Shown: positions 54,021-64,000 of the stretch, piece by piece
How the letters are laid out: every line of letters starts with the position of its first letter
Numbering within the stretch: position 1 is the first letter of the stretch
Source of the DNA: Limnothrix sp. BL-A-16
GTDB taxonomy: Bacteria; Cyanobacteriota; Cyanobacteriia; CACIAM-69d
Length of the DNA: 64,000 nt
Assembly: GCA_041937175.2 (NCBI GenBank)
Contig: CP166615.1
Coordinates: forward strand, 2,400,001 to 2,464,000
Reading direction: 5' to 3'
Position numbers and translations under genes: made by a program
The notes under the pieces: model-generated
Told to the model about the DNA's origin: nothing
What the model saw: only the letters and a program-made list of their open reading frames with translations
Databases searched by the model: none

Positions 54021-55511
54021 CTAAGTTTTGGAGCGATCGCGCCGATCAGGTTGGGGGGACATCTCCGGCATAAAGGTTGGCACCAGGTTTGGCTCCCGAT
54101 GTTTCACAGCGGTCACCTCCGGCGGCAACTCCGAGAGCTGGGCATCGCCATCGGTTGCATCATCCTGCGGCAACCAGCCCACCAACGGCAGCGGCAACAG
54201 GGTTGATAAATTGGCGATCGTCACCAACAACCACAGGCGATCGAAGTGGGTTTCATCCACCCCCAACCAATGGGTCAGTAGGGCCCCAAACTCGCTGGAT
54301 ACCGCCCCTGCCAGGTTATAAACCGACATCAACAGCGCAAACAGCGTCGCCTCCACCCCCGGCGGACAAAGCCGCGCCGACAGCACCAACACCGGCATGA
54401 AGGTAATTTGCCCCGCCACGGTCAAAATCAGGCTGTCGCCCAAGCTAAACCAGCGATCATCAATGCCCAACGCCCGGTTGGCATGGGTCACCAACAGCAG
54501 CGTTGTCATGCCCAGCGCCGTGGAAACCAGGGTGCTCCAGAGGAAAATCTTGCGGAAAGGTACGGTTTTGAAAAATCGCTGGAATGCCCAAACGCCAACC
54601 AAGGCCGCCACACTGGTCACCAGTCGCACCCGCCCCAAAAACTCCGGCGGAAACTGCAACTCATTGGTGGTGAAGTAGAAAAATGCCGTGTCCGATGAGG
54701 GTGTGGCTTGCCAAAGGAACAGAAACAACGTGGGCATCCAAATCGCCTTTTGGGAAACCGCCTGCCACAGATCCCGCGCCTGTTGTTGAACCACGCTCAG
54801 GTCTGGACGAGTGGTTAAGGGCGTTTCGTGGATCGCAAAGGCCCCAAAGCAAATCAGCAGCGGAAACATGGAGGTCATCCAAAACACCGTTTGGGCGCTG
54901 AACTGCTCCAACAACACGCCGCTGAGATAGGCCGTTAGCAAGCCCCCCAGCGCCGAAACCCCCCAACAAAGGGATTGCAGCGATCCGGCCGTGCCCGTGG
55001 ATTCGTTGCGGGCCCGTTCCACCACCAAAGAATCGGCAATCACATCGCTGACGGCCACGGACAGGGAAGATAGGGCGATCGCCAGCATGGCCGCCCAGCC
55101 CGTATGCACCACCGTGGCCATCGCCACCCAAGCCAAGGCCCCGCCAATGCCCGACAAAATGAGGTAGGGTCGCCGCCGGTAGCCAAAAATAGGCAACCCA
55201 TCGGACATGAACCCAAACAGCGGTTTCACCATCCAGGGAATGGCCACAACCCCCATCAGGGCCGCCACTTCCGCCGGACTCAGGTGCAACTCATCTTTCA
55301 GGAAAAAACTGACGGCCAAACGAGCCAGCCCCAAAATGCCCTGCACCAGATACACCAGCAAAATGGCAATCAGTTCCGGGGTTGGCTCGTTGCCAAAGAA
55401 AAGCTTTTCTACGATCACCGAGCGCAGACCAGGCGATCGCCCCGTTGGCGCATCCTGGGGCGCGATCGCGTCGGAGCCGGAACTGATGTTTTGGTTCGGT
55501 GCAATGGCCAT
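54021..55511 (-). CDS. Folate/biopterin family MFS transporter
   Basis: PWMVKPLFGFMSD..PIFGYRRRPYL, DVIADSLVVER, ARLCPPGVEATLFA. Confidence 0.93.
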   Translation of the reverse strand: MAIAPNQNISSGSDAIAPQDAPTGRSPGLRSVIVEKLFFGNEPTPELIAILLVYLVQGILGLARLAVSFFLKDELHLSPAEVAALMGVVAIPWMVKPLFGFMSDGLPIFGYRRRPYLILSGIGGALAWVAMATVVHTGWAAMLAIALSSLSVAVSDVIADSLVVERARNESTGTAGSLQSLCWGVSALGGLLTAYLSGVLLEQFSAQTVFWMTSMFPLLICFGAFAIHETPLTTRPDLSVVQQQARDLWQAVSQKAIWMPTLFLFLWQATPSSDTAFFYFTTNELQFPPEFLGRVRLVTSVAALVGVWAFQRFFKTVPFRKIFLWSTLVSTALGMTTLLLVTHANRALGIDDRWFSLGDSLILTVAGQITFMPVLVLSARLCPPGVEATLFALLMSVYNLAGAVSSEFGALLTHWLGVDETHFDRLWLLVTIANLSTLLPLPLVGWLPQDDATDGDAQLSELPPEVTAVKHREPNLVPTFMPEMSPQPDRRDRSKT

Positions 55512-55733
55512 TGATAAGTTTCTAGCAAAAAAACTTCATAATTCTAAGCCTCTCCATCATAGCGGGCTTCCCCGACCCGATCGGCCACCCAGCGAGCGAT
55601 CGGTCTTGTTCGTCGCACCAAGAGACCCAAACTCAGTCCTATGAAATTAAATTCATATTGGGTCTGTATCTGTGGAATTTGTGCCGGTTGAGTCTATATC
55701 TGTAGGTAGATAAATAAGATTTTTCCTCAAGCA

Positions 55734-58334
55734 ATGGACAAAATGACAGTTTCAAAAAGGGGGTTTCATCCCCAAGGAATCAAAATTGGTTGCTTTATTG
55801 GGCTAATTATTTTGGGCTTACTCGGTAACTACTACCGAGCAAACTTATTTTTAGGCGTTGATTTTATCTTTGGGAGTGCGGCCGCTCTGCTAGCGGCCCG
55901 ATTTTATGGGCCTCTTTGGGGTGGCATTGCGGGGGCAGCGATCGGGAGCTATACCTGGGTGCTTTGGAGCCATCCCTACGCCATGATTATCTTCACGGCA
56001 GAGGCGGCCCTGGTGGGGTGGGTTCGCCAGCGTCATCGCCAAAGCTTGCTGTTGCTGGATGGTCTTTATTGGCTGGTGGTGGGATCGTTGTTGGTGGCCC
56101 TGTTTTATGGGGCCGTTTTGCAGGTGGGCGTTTTGCAAGTGCAGCTCATTTTGCTGAAACAAGCCCTGAATGGGGTCTGTAATGCTCTAATTGCCAGCGG
56201 TATCCTTGGAATTTTTTCTTTTTTAGGACAGCGATTTCCGCAAAAGTTTCAATCGGTTCGCTGGCCGCTGCGGGATGTTTTGAACGATATTTTGGTGGCT
56301 TTTGTGCTGCTACCCATTATGTTGCTCTTCACCCTGGATGCCAACCGAATGTTGGTGGACTTAGAGCGATCGGTCAGGACAGATTTACAACTGGCAAGTG
56401 CGCCAATCATTGAGCAAATTCGCAATTGGCAGCGACAAATTTGGGAAACGGCCACGGATTTTTCCCAGCTCAAAGCGGAGTCCTTGACCGAAGCTCAATT
56501 AATCACGGCCCTGGAACAGAATGTGCTGATTGATGGCCTGTGGGTGCTGGATTCCAAACTACGTTTTCTGACCCAGGCAACCAATAATCCTGATGTGTCC
56601 CTCAGCCTTCAGTCCCTATCGCAGTTGGAGCTACGTGAACATCAACCCAATCAGCTCCAAGCCTGGCGAATTGTGGCAATTCCGAAGGCCAAAACTGGCG
56701 ATGAGCATCAGCTTTGGTTGGTGCGGCCCTTAACCCAGGGGTTGGAGTCCACGGGATTTTTAATTGCCCATCTGCGGTTCGATCGACTCATGGATGCGCT
56801 CACGAGTCCGGTGAAAATTTACGATCGGGCGGTGGGCGCGGTGTTGGTGAATGAAAACCAGCAAGTGGTGGGCAGTGTGAACCCCGCCTATGAACCGCAG
56901 GATGTTTTTAATCTGAGTCAGCCGAAGGTTTGGGTGCGGCAACTGGGAACCGGCAGCACCGAGTTTTATCAGGTCTTGACCAATGATCCCGCTCGACCGC
57001 CGATGGTACGTGCTCGCCAAGCCACCTATTGGCTTGCGAGTATCCTGCCGGGCAATTTGGGTTGGCATTTGTGGATTTCATTCCCCGCCCAACCCCACAT
57101 GGATGATTTGCAGGTGGCCTATAACCAGCGATTTGGGATTGTGATGCTGGTGGTCTATGGCAGTATGCTGGCGGCCTATTGGGTGAGCAAGTCCTTGGTG
57201 AAGCCCTTGCAAATTTTGGCAAGAATTACCACAGATTTGCCCGATCGCGTGAATGATCACCAAGAGGTGGACTGGCCACAAAGCCCAGTTCAGGAGTTTG
57301 ATCAACTGTCAACCAATGGGCAGTTAATGGCCGAAAGTTTGCGGGAAAGATTTCTAGAAATTCACCAGGCAAATGAGCAATTGGAGCAGCGGGTAGCAGA
57401 GCGCACGGAGGACTTGGAAGCAACCCTCAGCCAACTGAAACAGACCCAAACCCAGCTCGTTCAAACGGAAAAAATGTCAAGCCTGGGAGGATTGGTGGCA
57501 GGGGTAGCCCACGAAATCAACAATCCCATTAACTTCATTGCGGGCAACTTAACCCACGCGGAAGAATATGTTCAAAGCCTGCTGAAGGCGATGAGTTTGT
57601 TTGAAACTCTCTATCCAAAACCAGAGCCAACCTTGCGCGAAGCCTTAGAGGAGTTGGAGCTAGATTTTTTGGTTGAAGATTTGCCAAAAACTTTTCAATC
57701 GATGCAGTTGGGTGCGCGGCGCGTGCAGGATATTGTGCAATCGTTACGGACTTTTTCTCGGATTGATCGAGCAGAGTTGCAAACATTTGACTTACATGAG
57801 GGCATTGATAGCACATTAATTATTTTGCAAAACCGGCTGAAGGGCCGCTCCGATCGCCTAGCCATTGAGGTGATTAAGCAATATGGCCCATTGCCGTTGG
57901 TGGAATGCTACGGGGGACATCTGAATCAGGTGTTTATGAATTTGTTGGTGAATGCGATCGATGCGATCGACCTGCGGGATGCGGGCCGAACCCTTGCGGA
58001 AATGCGCCAAAATCCCAGCCGCATTGAAATCACCACGGCCACGTTGAATCAGCAATTGGTGATTGTTCGGTTTCGAGACAATGGCCCAGGAATGCCGCCG
58101 GAGGTACGCGATCAAATTTTTGAGCCGTTTTTCACCACCAAACCCACGGGCAAAGGCACGGGCTTGGGTCTGTCCATCAGCTATCAAGTGATTGTGGAAC
58201 AGCACGGAGGGGCGCTAACTTGCCAGTCCAGTCCCGATTGGGGCACGGAGTTTTACATTGAGCTGCCAATTCGCGGATCCAGCAAGCCTCAAAACGCGGC
58301 CCAACCGGGACCCCGATCCACGGCGACGGTGTAG
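55734..58334 (+). CDS. Membrane sensor histidine kinase
   Basis: Multi-TM N-terminus, extracytoplasmic domain, HAMP-like region, AGVAHEINNP H-box, HATPase boxes. Confidence 0.93.
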   Translation: MDKMTVSKRGFHPQGIKIGCFIGLIILGLLGNYYRANLFLGVDFIFGSAAALLAARFYGPLWGGIAGAAIGSYTWVLWSHPYAMIIFTAEAALVGWVRQRHRQSLLLLDGLYWLVVGSLLVALFYGAVLQVGVLQVQLILLKQALNGVCNALIASGILGIFSFLGQRFPQKFQSVRWPLRDVLNDILVAFVLLPIMLLFTLDANRMLVDLERSVRTDLQLASAPIIEQIRNWQRQIWETATDFSQLKAESLTEAQLITALEQNVLIDGLWVLDSKLRFLTQATNNPDVSLSLQSLSQLELREHQPNQLQAWRIVAIPKAKTGDEHQLWLVRPLTQGLESTGFLIAHLRFDRLMDALTSPVKIYDRAVGAVLVNENQQVVGSVNPAYEPQDVFNLSQPKVWVRQLGTGSTEFYQVLTNDPARPPMVRARQATYWLASILPGNLGWHLWISFPAQPHMDDLQVAYNQRFGIVMLVVYGSMLAAYWVSKSLVKPLQILARITTDLPDRVNDHQEVDWPQSPVQEFDQLSTNGQLMAESLRERFLEIHQANEQLEQRVAERTEDLEATLSQLKQTQTQLVQTEKMSSLGGLVAGVAHEINNPINFIAGNLTHAEEYVQSLLKAMSLFETLYPKPEPTLREALEELELDFLVEDLPKTFQSMQLGARRVQDIVQSLRTFSRIDRAELQTFDLHEGIDSTLIILQNRLKGRSDRLAIEVIKQYGPLPLVECYGGHLNQVFMNLLVNAIDAIDLRDAGRTLAEMRQNPSRIEITTATLNQQLVIVRFRDNGPGMPPEVRDQIFEPFFTTKPTGKGTGLGLSISYQVIVEQHGGALTCQSSPDWGTEFYIELPIRGSSKPQNAAQPGPRSTATV

Positions 58335-58425
58335 CCCGGTTCGATCGCCCTCCCCCATCGGCCATTTCCCCACAGCAGGCTAAAAACCCTGGAAATCTTG
58401 CGATGATGGGGCTGATTTTTAGGCC

Positions 58426-60081
58426 TTGCTTCAGGAGTCGATCGTGCCCTCGCGTCGTACCGTCACCCGCTGGATTACCCAAGGGGGATTGTTGGGATCC
58501 ATGGGAGCCGCCATGGGCCAGCGGGCCGGCGAGCTGCGGCAACAGGCCGAGGCCGCACCGTTGATTCCCGGACAACCCGCCGCCTGGGCCGATCGCCTGC
58601 GGATGGCCGATCGCTTGGCCCAAGAACAGTTGGCCGCCGCCCAAGATCCCCGCGCCGAAGTGGAACTGCTGATTCCCAGCTTTTTGGGTAACCAAGCCCG
58701 CCGGTTCTATGGCCGAGGCATTCCCCAGGGATTGGGGGTACGGCGCAAGTTTTTTTTGGGATCCGGCTCAACGCGAATTGGGCGGCGACTGGAAGTTTGG
58801 AGCGGTGCTGGCTGGACAGGGCAATGCACCCTCGTGCGCGATCGAGGGCGGGACTATTTGCTGATTGGCGCGTTTGACCACCACCTGCGCAAAATTGACC
58901 TGCAAACTTGGCAGGAGGTTTGGCGCTATCGATTTGACGACGTGCTGAAGGGAACAGCCACGGTTTATATCGATCGCACCGCACCACCGCTTGATCAAGT
59001 GATTGTGCTTCAGGGCAGTCGCCAGGGAGTACATGTGCCCTTTACGGCGCGGGTGGTTCCCAGTTTGCGGGCCATTTCCTTTCGCACGGGCCAAGAGTTG
59101 TGGCGGTGGAACGTGCGCCAAACCGACAGCTACAGCCGCGACAACGACAGTAGCCCCCTCGATTTGCGCAATGGGCTGCTGTTTAATGTGGGCGAAAACG
59201 GGGTTGGCTCCTTTTTGGGGGCCGCGCTGAACACGGTCACCCAACGGGACGGCATCACCCAACCAGCGATCGCGGGGGAATTGCTGTTCTATGCGCCGGG
59301 CGACGCGGCCCGCCATGGCGGCAACCTGGTGGCGGAATCTTCCCCGTCGCGACTGGGCGATCGGCTGTTTGTGGCGGCTGGCTCCGGTCACATTTACGGC
59401 GTTGACCTCAACAGTCGGAAAATCGACTGGGATTTCTTCACCGGTACGGATATTGACGGAACGGTGGTGGTTTCCCGCGATGGCAAGCTCTTTTGCGCGA
59501 TCGAGCGGCAATATACATCTGGGCCCGGCGGTCTTTTTAAGTTGAATCCGGCCAGGCCGCCCGCCGAGGCCGTGGAATGGTTTTTGCCCACCGGCTCCTT
59601 GCGCTACCAGGATTGGCAGGGTGGGATTATCGGCTCAGCGGCCCTGAATGATGACTACCGCGATCGGGGACAACCGCCCCTGTTTGCCACGGGGGCGATC
59701 GATGGAATTCTCTACATTGGCTCCCAATTGCGCACCACCGGCCTAGCCCACTGGGGGCCCCAGCGGGATGGGCCGCACAATTCGCCCTACGTGGCCTTTC
59801 AAACCCGGATTGGCCCCACCATTTCTACCCCGATTTTCACCGAGGGCGATCGACTCGTGGCCGCCAGCTACGACGGGGTGCGGCTGTTTCAGTTGCGCTT
59901 TTTGCCCACCCAGTCTCAAGACCCGGCCGCTTTGCCCAATGGTCGAGGCCAGTGGTTTCGCCTGGAGGTCACTCTGTTGGCGCACTTTGCCCCGGGATCT
60001 TCCTTCGAGGCCACCCCGATCGTTTGGGATGGGACGGTTTATCTGAGTGGGCGCGATGGCTGGCTCTATGCCCTCGGCTAA
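58426..60081 (+). CDS. PQQ-like/BamB-type beta-propeller protein (start uncertain)
   Basis: Repeated ..G.iyal...G...W blades; GAGWTGQ; ends SFEATPIVWDGTVYLSGRDGWLYALG. Confidence 0.75.
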   Translation: MLQESIVPSRRTVTRWITQGGLLGSMGAAMGQRAGELRQQAEAAPLIPGQPAAWADRLRMADRLAQEQLAAAQDPRAEVELLIPSFLGNQARRFYGRGIPQGLGVRRKFFLGSGSTRIGRRLEVWSGAGWTGQCTLVRDRGRDYLLIGAFDHHLRKIDLQTWQEVWRYRFDDVLKGTATVYIDRTAPPLDQVIVLQGSRQGVHVPFTARVVPSLRAISFRTGQELWRWNVRQTDSYSRDNDSSPLDLRNGLLFNVGENGVGSFLGAALNTVTQRDGITQPAIAGELLFYAPGDAARHGGNLVAESSPSRLGDRLFVAAGSGHIYGVDLNSRKIDWDFFTGTDIDGTVVVSRDGKLFCAIERQYTSGPGGLFKLNPARPPAEAVEWFLPTGSLRYQDWQGGIIGSAALNDDYRDRGQPPLFATGAIDGILYIGSQLRTTGLAHWGPQRDGPHNSPYVAFQTRIGPTISTPIFTEGDRLVAASYDGVRLFQLRFLPTQSQDPAALPNGRGQWFRLEVTLLAHFAPGSSFEATPIVWDGTVYLSGRDGWLYALG

Positions 60082-60416
60082 TAGGCATTGATTGCCGTTG
60101 AATCTTGGCTGCGAATCTCGATATCCCATTTTGCTCGCGAGCTTTGATCTCGATGGCTGATCCCGATCGGGTCAGGTTTGCATAATTTTTTTAAGCATTC
60201 TCGATAGATGACTAGTACAAATTTTTGAATGCAAAACAAGACGTAAAACGAGACGGATGATGATGCGCCGTCTTCGTCAATCTGCGTCCTCTATTTTGCA
60301 CTGAATTGACTTGACCTTTGGGGTCAGCCAAAAGCAGCTTTCTTGATCAAAAGCTGTGCGGATTTGTGCTGTCTAAAATTTCCATTCTTTCAGGATCATC
60401 GATCAGGAAATTGAGC

Positions 60417-60764
60417 ATGTGTTACGTTGTCGAGTTGCCCGATGGCTCCTACTATGTCCCCAACGGTTCAGTGCCCGATGCTTGCAAAGCAATCCACTTT
60501 ACCGACAAAGACGAGGCCGCCGCGATCGCCAAGGCCAAAAAAGGGAAGGTCAAAGTCTGCACCTTAAAGGATGCCGCACCGCCGCCAAAGGACAACAGCC
60601 AGCTTTGGGTGATGGGGCTAATTTTCATTGGAATTGCTACCTTTCGAGATCCCACCAACTTAGAAATTTTGCAGCGAATTACGCGCTTGGATCAGCCTAG
60701 CAATGGAGTCACGGCTGGGACAGTAGAATTCACCTCTTCTTGGTCGGATTGTCTGTGGTTCTGA
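60417..60764 (+). CDS. Small hypothetical protein with one TM segment
   Basis: ATG with upstream AGGAAA; protein-like composition; hydrophobic LWVMGLIFIGIATF. Confidence 0.55.
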   Translation: MCYVVELPDGSYYVPNGSVPDACKAIHFTDKDEAAAIAKAKKGKVKVCTLKDAAPPPKDNSQLWVMGLIFIGIATFRDPTNLEILQRITRLDQPSNGVTAGTVEFTSSWSDCLWF

Positions 60765-60854
60765 GGGCGATTCAAGACTGGTTTTTAGACTAGTTCTGAA
60801 GACCTCTTGATTCAGCTTTTTCAATCCAAATTCAGTGCCATTGATGATGGAGGT

Positions 60855-61290
60855 AAGGGGCTTAGGGCATGTCGTTGTTGAGCACAAAACCCTAGATCGG
60901 TCGTTAGCGGATCGTAGGGGGCAAGGGGCTTAGGGCATGTCGTTGTTGAGCACAAAACCCTAGATCGGTCGTTAGCGGATCGTAGGGGACAAGGGGCTTA
61001 GGGCATGTCGTTGTTGAACACGAAACCCTAGATCGGTCGTTAGCGGATCGTAGGGGACAAGGGGCTTAGGGCATGTCGTTGTTGAGCACAAAACCCTAGA
61101 TCAGTCGTTAGCGGATCGTAGGGGACAAGGGGCTTAGGGCATGTCGTTGTTGAACACGAAACCCTAGATCGGTCGTTAGCGGATCGTAGGGGACAAGGGG
61201 CTTAAGCCCCTTGTTACGACCATTAGGGCAAGGAAGATCAAGCGTTTCAGCATCACCTCGAAAAATGACGAGACCCCCTAAAGCCCCTTG
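60855..61290. repeat. 5 x 68-bp tandem array of a MITE arm ending in a full element, embedded in a split palindrome (copy 7)
   Basis: Units start at 60855, 60923, 60991, 61059, 61127; full palindrome at 61194-61213; end AATGACGAGACCCCC|TA|AAGCCCCTTG. Confidence 0.92.
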
Positions 61291-61371
61291 TCTTTCCGTT
61301 GTAACTTTTTGCCTTTTTGTTGGTCTTTTTGTTGATCCTCTGCTGTACCGCTTATTGTCCTGGTTTGTCTA

Positions 61372-62451
61372 CTAATCCCCGAGGCAAATTCCCAGGCCCC
61401 GTGCGGTTTTCAGCAGAGTATCACTGGGATCAACAATGCGGCAGTGGGAAATGGCCTCTAGTACAGGCACGCTCACCACCTGGCGCTGTTGCCAAGTCAC
61501 CACCCGATCGAACTCGCCCCGAGCAATCAAATCCACCGCCTCCACACCAAAGGCCGAGGCAATCAGGCGATCGAGCGGCGAGGGTACGCCACCGCGCTGC
61601 ACATGGCCCAGTACTGTGACGCGGGTTTCAGCGCCGGTGCTTTGGGCCAGCTCTTGGGCCAAATATTGCCCAATGCCCCCCAGGCGACATTCCCCAAAGG
61701 CCTGAGTTTGCGTCACCACATCACCGCCGCTGGTGCAGACCGCTTCGGACACAATCACCACGGAAAAGGCCTTGCCAGCGGCCTGGCGATCGCGAATGGC
61801 CTGGGACACCGCTTCCAGCTTGTAAGGAATTTCGGGAATCAAAATCACATGGGCCCCGCCTGCAATGCCGGCGTGGAGGGCGATGTGGCCCGCATCGCGC
61901 CCCATCACTTCCAAGATCATGACCCGATCGTGGCTGGCGGCGGTGAAATGGAGCCGATCGAGCGCCTCCGTGGCAATGTTCACGGCGGTGTCAAACCCGA
62001 TCGATTGTTCTGTGGCGGCCACATCGTTATCGATCGTTTTGGGAATCCCCACAAAAGGAATGCCCACTTTCGTCATCAGATCATGAAGAATTTTTAGGCT
62101 CCCATCCCCGCCAATGCCAACAATGGCCGACAATTCCAACTCCCGACAACCTTCGGCAAAGTCCAAGGTGCGATCGTGCATCGTGCCATCGGGCAAGGTC
62201 ACCTGGAAGGGTTGACCTCGATTAATGGTTCCTAGCAGGGTTCCCCCCAAGGTTAACCACCGCTCAACCTTGTCCGGTGTCAGCAGCAGGGCTTCGGGGG
62301 GCTGCCGAGTTAGCCCCTCCGTCCCGTGGCGAATGCCCATCACCTCCCAGCCATAGCTGGCGGCCCGCATCACCACACCCCGAATGGCAGCATTTAGCCC
62401 TGCGCAATCTCCACCGCTGGTCAGCACTCCGATTCGTTTTATCTCACCCAT
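61372..62451 (-). CDS. pfkA: ATP-dependent 6-phosphofructokinase
   Basis: LTSGGDCAGLN, GGDGS, PKTIDND, EVMGRDAG, LGHVQRGG. Confidence 0.95.
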   Translation of the reverse strand: MGEIKRIGVLTSGGDCAGLNAAIRGVVMRAASYGWEVMGIRHGTEGLTRQPPEALLLTPDKVERWLTLGGTLLGTINRGQPFQVTLPDGTMHDRTLDFAEGCRELELSAIVGIGGDGSLKILHDLMTKVGIPFVGIPKTIDNDVAATEQSIGFDTAVNIATEALDRLHFTAASHDRVMILEVMGRDAGHIALHAGIAGGAHVILIPEIPYKLEAVSQAIRDRQAAGKAFSVVIVSEAVCTSGGDVVTQTQAFGECRLGGIGQYLAQELAQSTGAETRVTVLGHVQRGGVPSPLDRLIASAFGVEAVDLIARGEFDRVVTWQQRQVVSVPVLEAISHCRIVDPSDTLLKTARGLGICLGD

Positions 62452-62593
62452 AGGATTGCATCTCTTATGCAAACGCTGCTCATGGGCGATCGTACGCGAT
62501 CCCAACGGTGGGGCAAGCCTGTGTTAATAACTGCAATGGGATTGGGCGATCGAGATGGGGCGATCGCCCTAATTTCGCCCTGCGACTCCTGGC

Positions 62594-64000
62594 CTAGACC
62601 GTGCTGCTGGAAACCGCTTCCGTGGGCGATCGGGGAACCGTGCGAGCCACGCGGGCCCGCTGTCCCCAAGTGAGGTCGATCGCATAGCACCGGGCCAGCA
62701 CCCGCAACCACAGACCCGGCGCGCGCTGCTCCAACCAAGGTTGAATTCGGCGGGCGATCGCCGGTAACCACCCCAGCAGCCAAGCCACCAAGCTCGACAG
62801 GGTAAAGGTGACATAGCTGCCCATCCAGCGCCACAAATCCCAAGGGCCCGCCGAATCCCAGATCCACCACAGCAGCATCGGGTTTTGCACCGCCGCCTTC
62901 AGGGCCAGGCGATTGAACAACCACCAATCAAACCGATCCTTAATGAAGCGATCGGCCACATCCTCTTCGGCATCGGCCAACAGGCCAAAGAAGGTATTCA
63001 GCATGGAGTTCACCCGTTCGGGCGGCAACGTGCGGCCCGTGGGCACCATCATCCCCTTCGAGAACATCCAGGTGACCGCCACGTTGCTTTGGTAAGCCCG
63101 GATTGATCCCAAGTCCTGTTCCGTTAGCAAGTCATGTTTCAAGGCCGTATCCAGCAGATCTGTGAGCCGGCCCAAGTTGCGAATCATGGACCCAAAACCG
63201 GTGAACACCAGGGGAGATTGCAATGAAGCGGCATCTCCCAGGGCCAGGAGGCGATCGAACGAGACGCGCCGCTCACCCTCGCTTTGGCTGAAGTGACCGG
63301 GAATATAACCAAAGGTGGCCTTGCCCCAGGTCAGCTTGTCCAGGTCGCAGCGGCGATATTCCGGCAGGATGCTGAAAAAGTCCTCATACATTTCCAGTAG
63401 GGAGCCGGGATTTTCGGGGTGAACTTGGTGGTAGTGGAACAGATAAACGGTCACGGCCTTGCCCCCAATGGGGAACAGCTCCCAAATCAGTTGCCGGCCG
63501 CGGGAAATGTCCCCATGGCTGAACAGTACGTCGCCATAGTCCAAATCCCAGACCGGCCAATCAATCCCATTGGCAATCACGGCCCCCACGGTGGGACAAA
63601 CGCTATCGAAAGCGCGGGTTCCATTCAGTTGCCAGGCGATCGGGGAAGCCGTGCCCATGGCATCAATCAGCAACCGACCGGCCACTTGGCGAGTTTCCCC
63701 CGTGGGCAAGTGGTTGGCGGTCATGGTGATTCGATCGCCCATCACGTCCGCCCGCTCAAATTCCGTTTCGTCCCAAATGTCGCCGCCCGCTTCCCGCAGC
63801 TTTTGACCACAAAGCTGAATGATTCGATCGGCTGCGATCGCCACATTCAGCACCGTCGGCGTGTGCAGCACATTGGCCCGCGCTTGCGGTGGATTGTTGG
63901 CATCAAAAAACTTGTGAAATCCATCGCGATATTCCGTGGCGATCAATCCTTCCACCTCAGCGGGTGTGAATAGGCCCAGGTCGATCGGCACTTGCAACTC
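62594..64000 (-). CDS. Flavin-dependent oxidoreductase, CruA-type lycopene cyclase-like (5' truncated)
   Basis: DAMGTASPI, DSVCPTVG, GDAASLQSPLVFTGFGS, NSMLNTFF; CruA versus CruP assigned from recall only. Confidence 0.7.
   Translation of the reverse strand, partial: ELQVPIDLGLFTPAEVEGLIATEYRDGFHKFFDANNPPQARANVLHTPTVLNVAIAADRIIQLCGQKLREAGGDIWDETEFERADVMGDRITMTANHLPTGETRQVAGRLLIDAMGTASPIAWQLNGTRAFDSVCPTVGAVIANGIDWPVWDLDYGDVLFSHGDISRGRQLIWELFPIGGKAVTVYLFHYHQVHPENPGSLLEMYEDFFSILPEYRRCDLDKLTWGKATFGYIPGHFSQSEGERRVSFDRLLALGDAASLQSPLVFTGFGSMIRNLGRLTDLLDTALKHDLLTEQDLGSIRAYQSNVAVTWMFSKGMMVPTGRTLPPERVNSMLNTFFGLLADAEEDVADRFIKDRFDWWLFNRLALKAAVQNPMLLWWIWDSAGPWDLWRWMGSYVTFTLSSLVAWLLGWLPAIARRIQPWLEQRAPGLWLRVLARCYAIDLTWGQRARVARTVPRSPTEAVSSSTV

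Noticed and set aside
60855..61194. CRISPR or guide-type array
   Set aside because: The 68-bp units are nearly identical end to end with no unique spacers, there are no cas genes, and the unit is an arm of the dispersed MITE.

Overview
Chromosomal, mostly housekeeping region of a cyanobacterium. The evidence is dense HIP1 GCGATCGC, ccmP, opcA, isiA/psaL, sbtA/B and a GUN4 domain; a filamentous Limnothrix-like host is only a guess. It holds about 45 CDS, including rimM, metF, ccmP, sodB, queA, mreBCD, mnmA, moaE, fbp-zwf-opcA, sbtAB, pdxA, gdhA, pgi, lipA, two PBP2 paralogues, glnB, ispD, pfkA and a cruA-like gene. An iron-stress locus (isiA-like, isiA-psaL fusion, flavodoxin) carries Fur-like boxes. 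I saw no tRNA, rRNA, CRISPR array or transposase. The most unusual signal is non-coding: a ~140-bp TA-flanked MITE-like family (7 loci) with a central 20-bp palindrome CAAGGGGCTTAAGCCCCTTG. Copies appear to insert into the TTAA of that same palindrome, and one locus has expanded into a 5 x 68-bp array. Other leads are an acidic caspase fused to tandem Agenet/Tudor-like repeats, a candidate ~50-nt sRNA next to sodB, and a perfect NtcA box before gdhA. All gene calls come from recalled motifs, not database searches.
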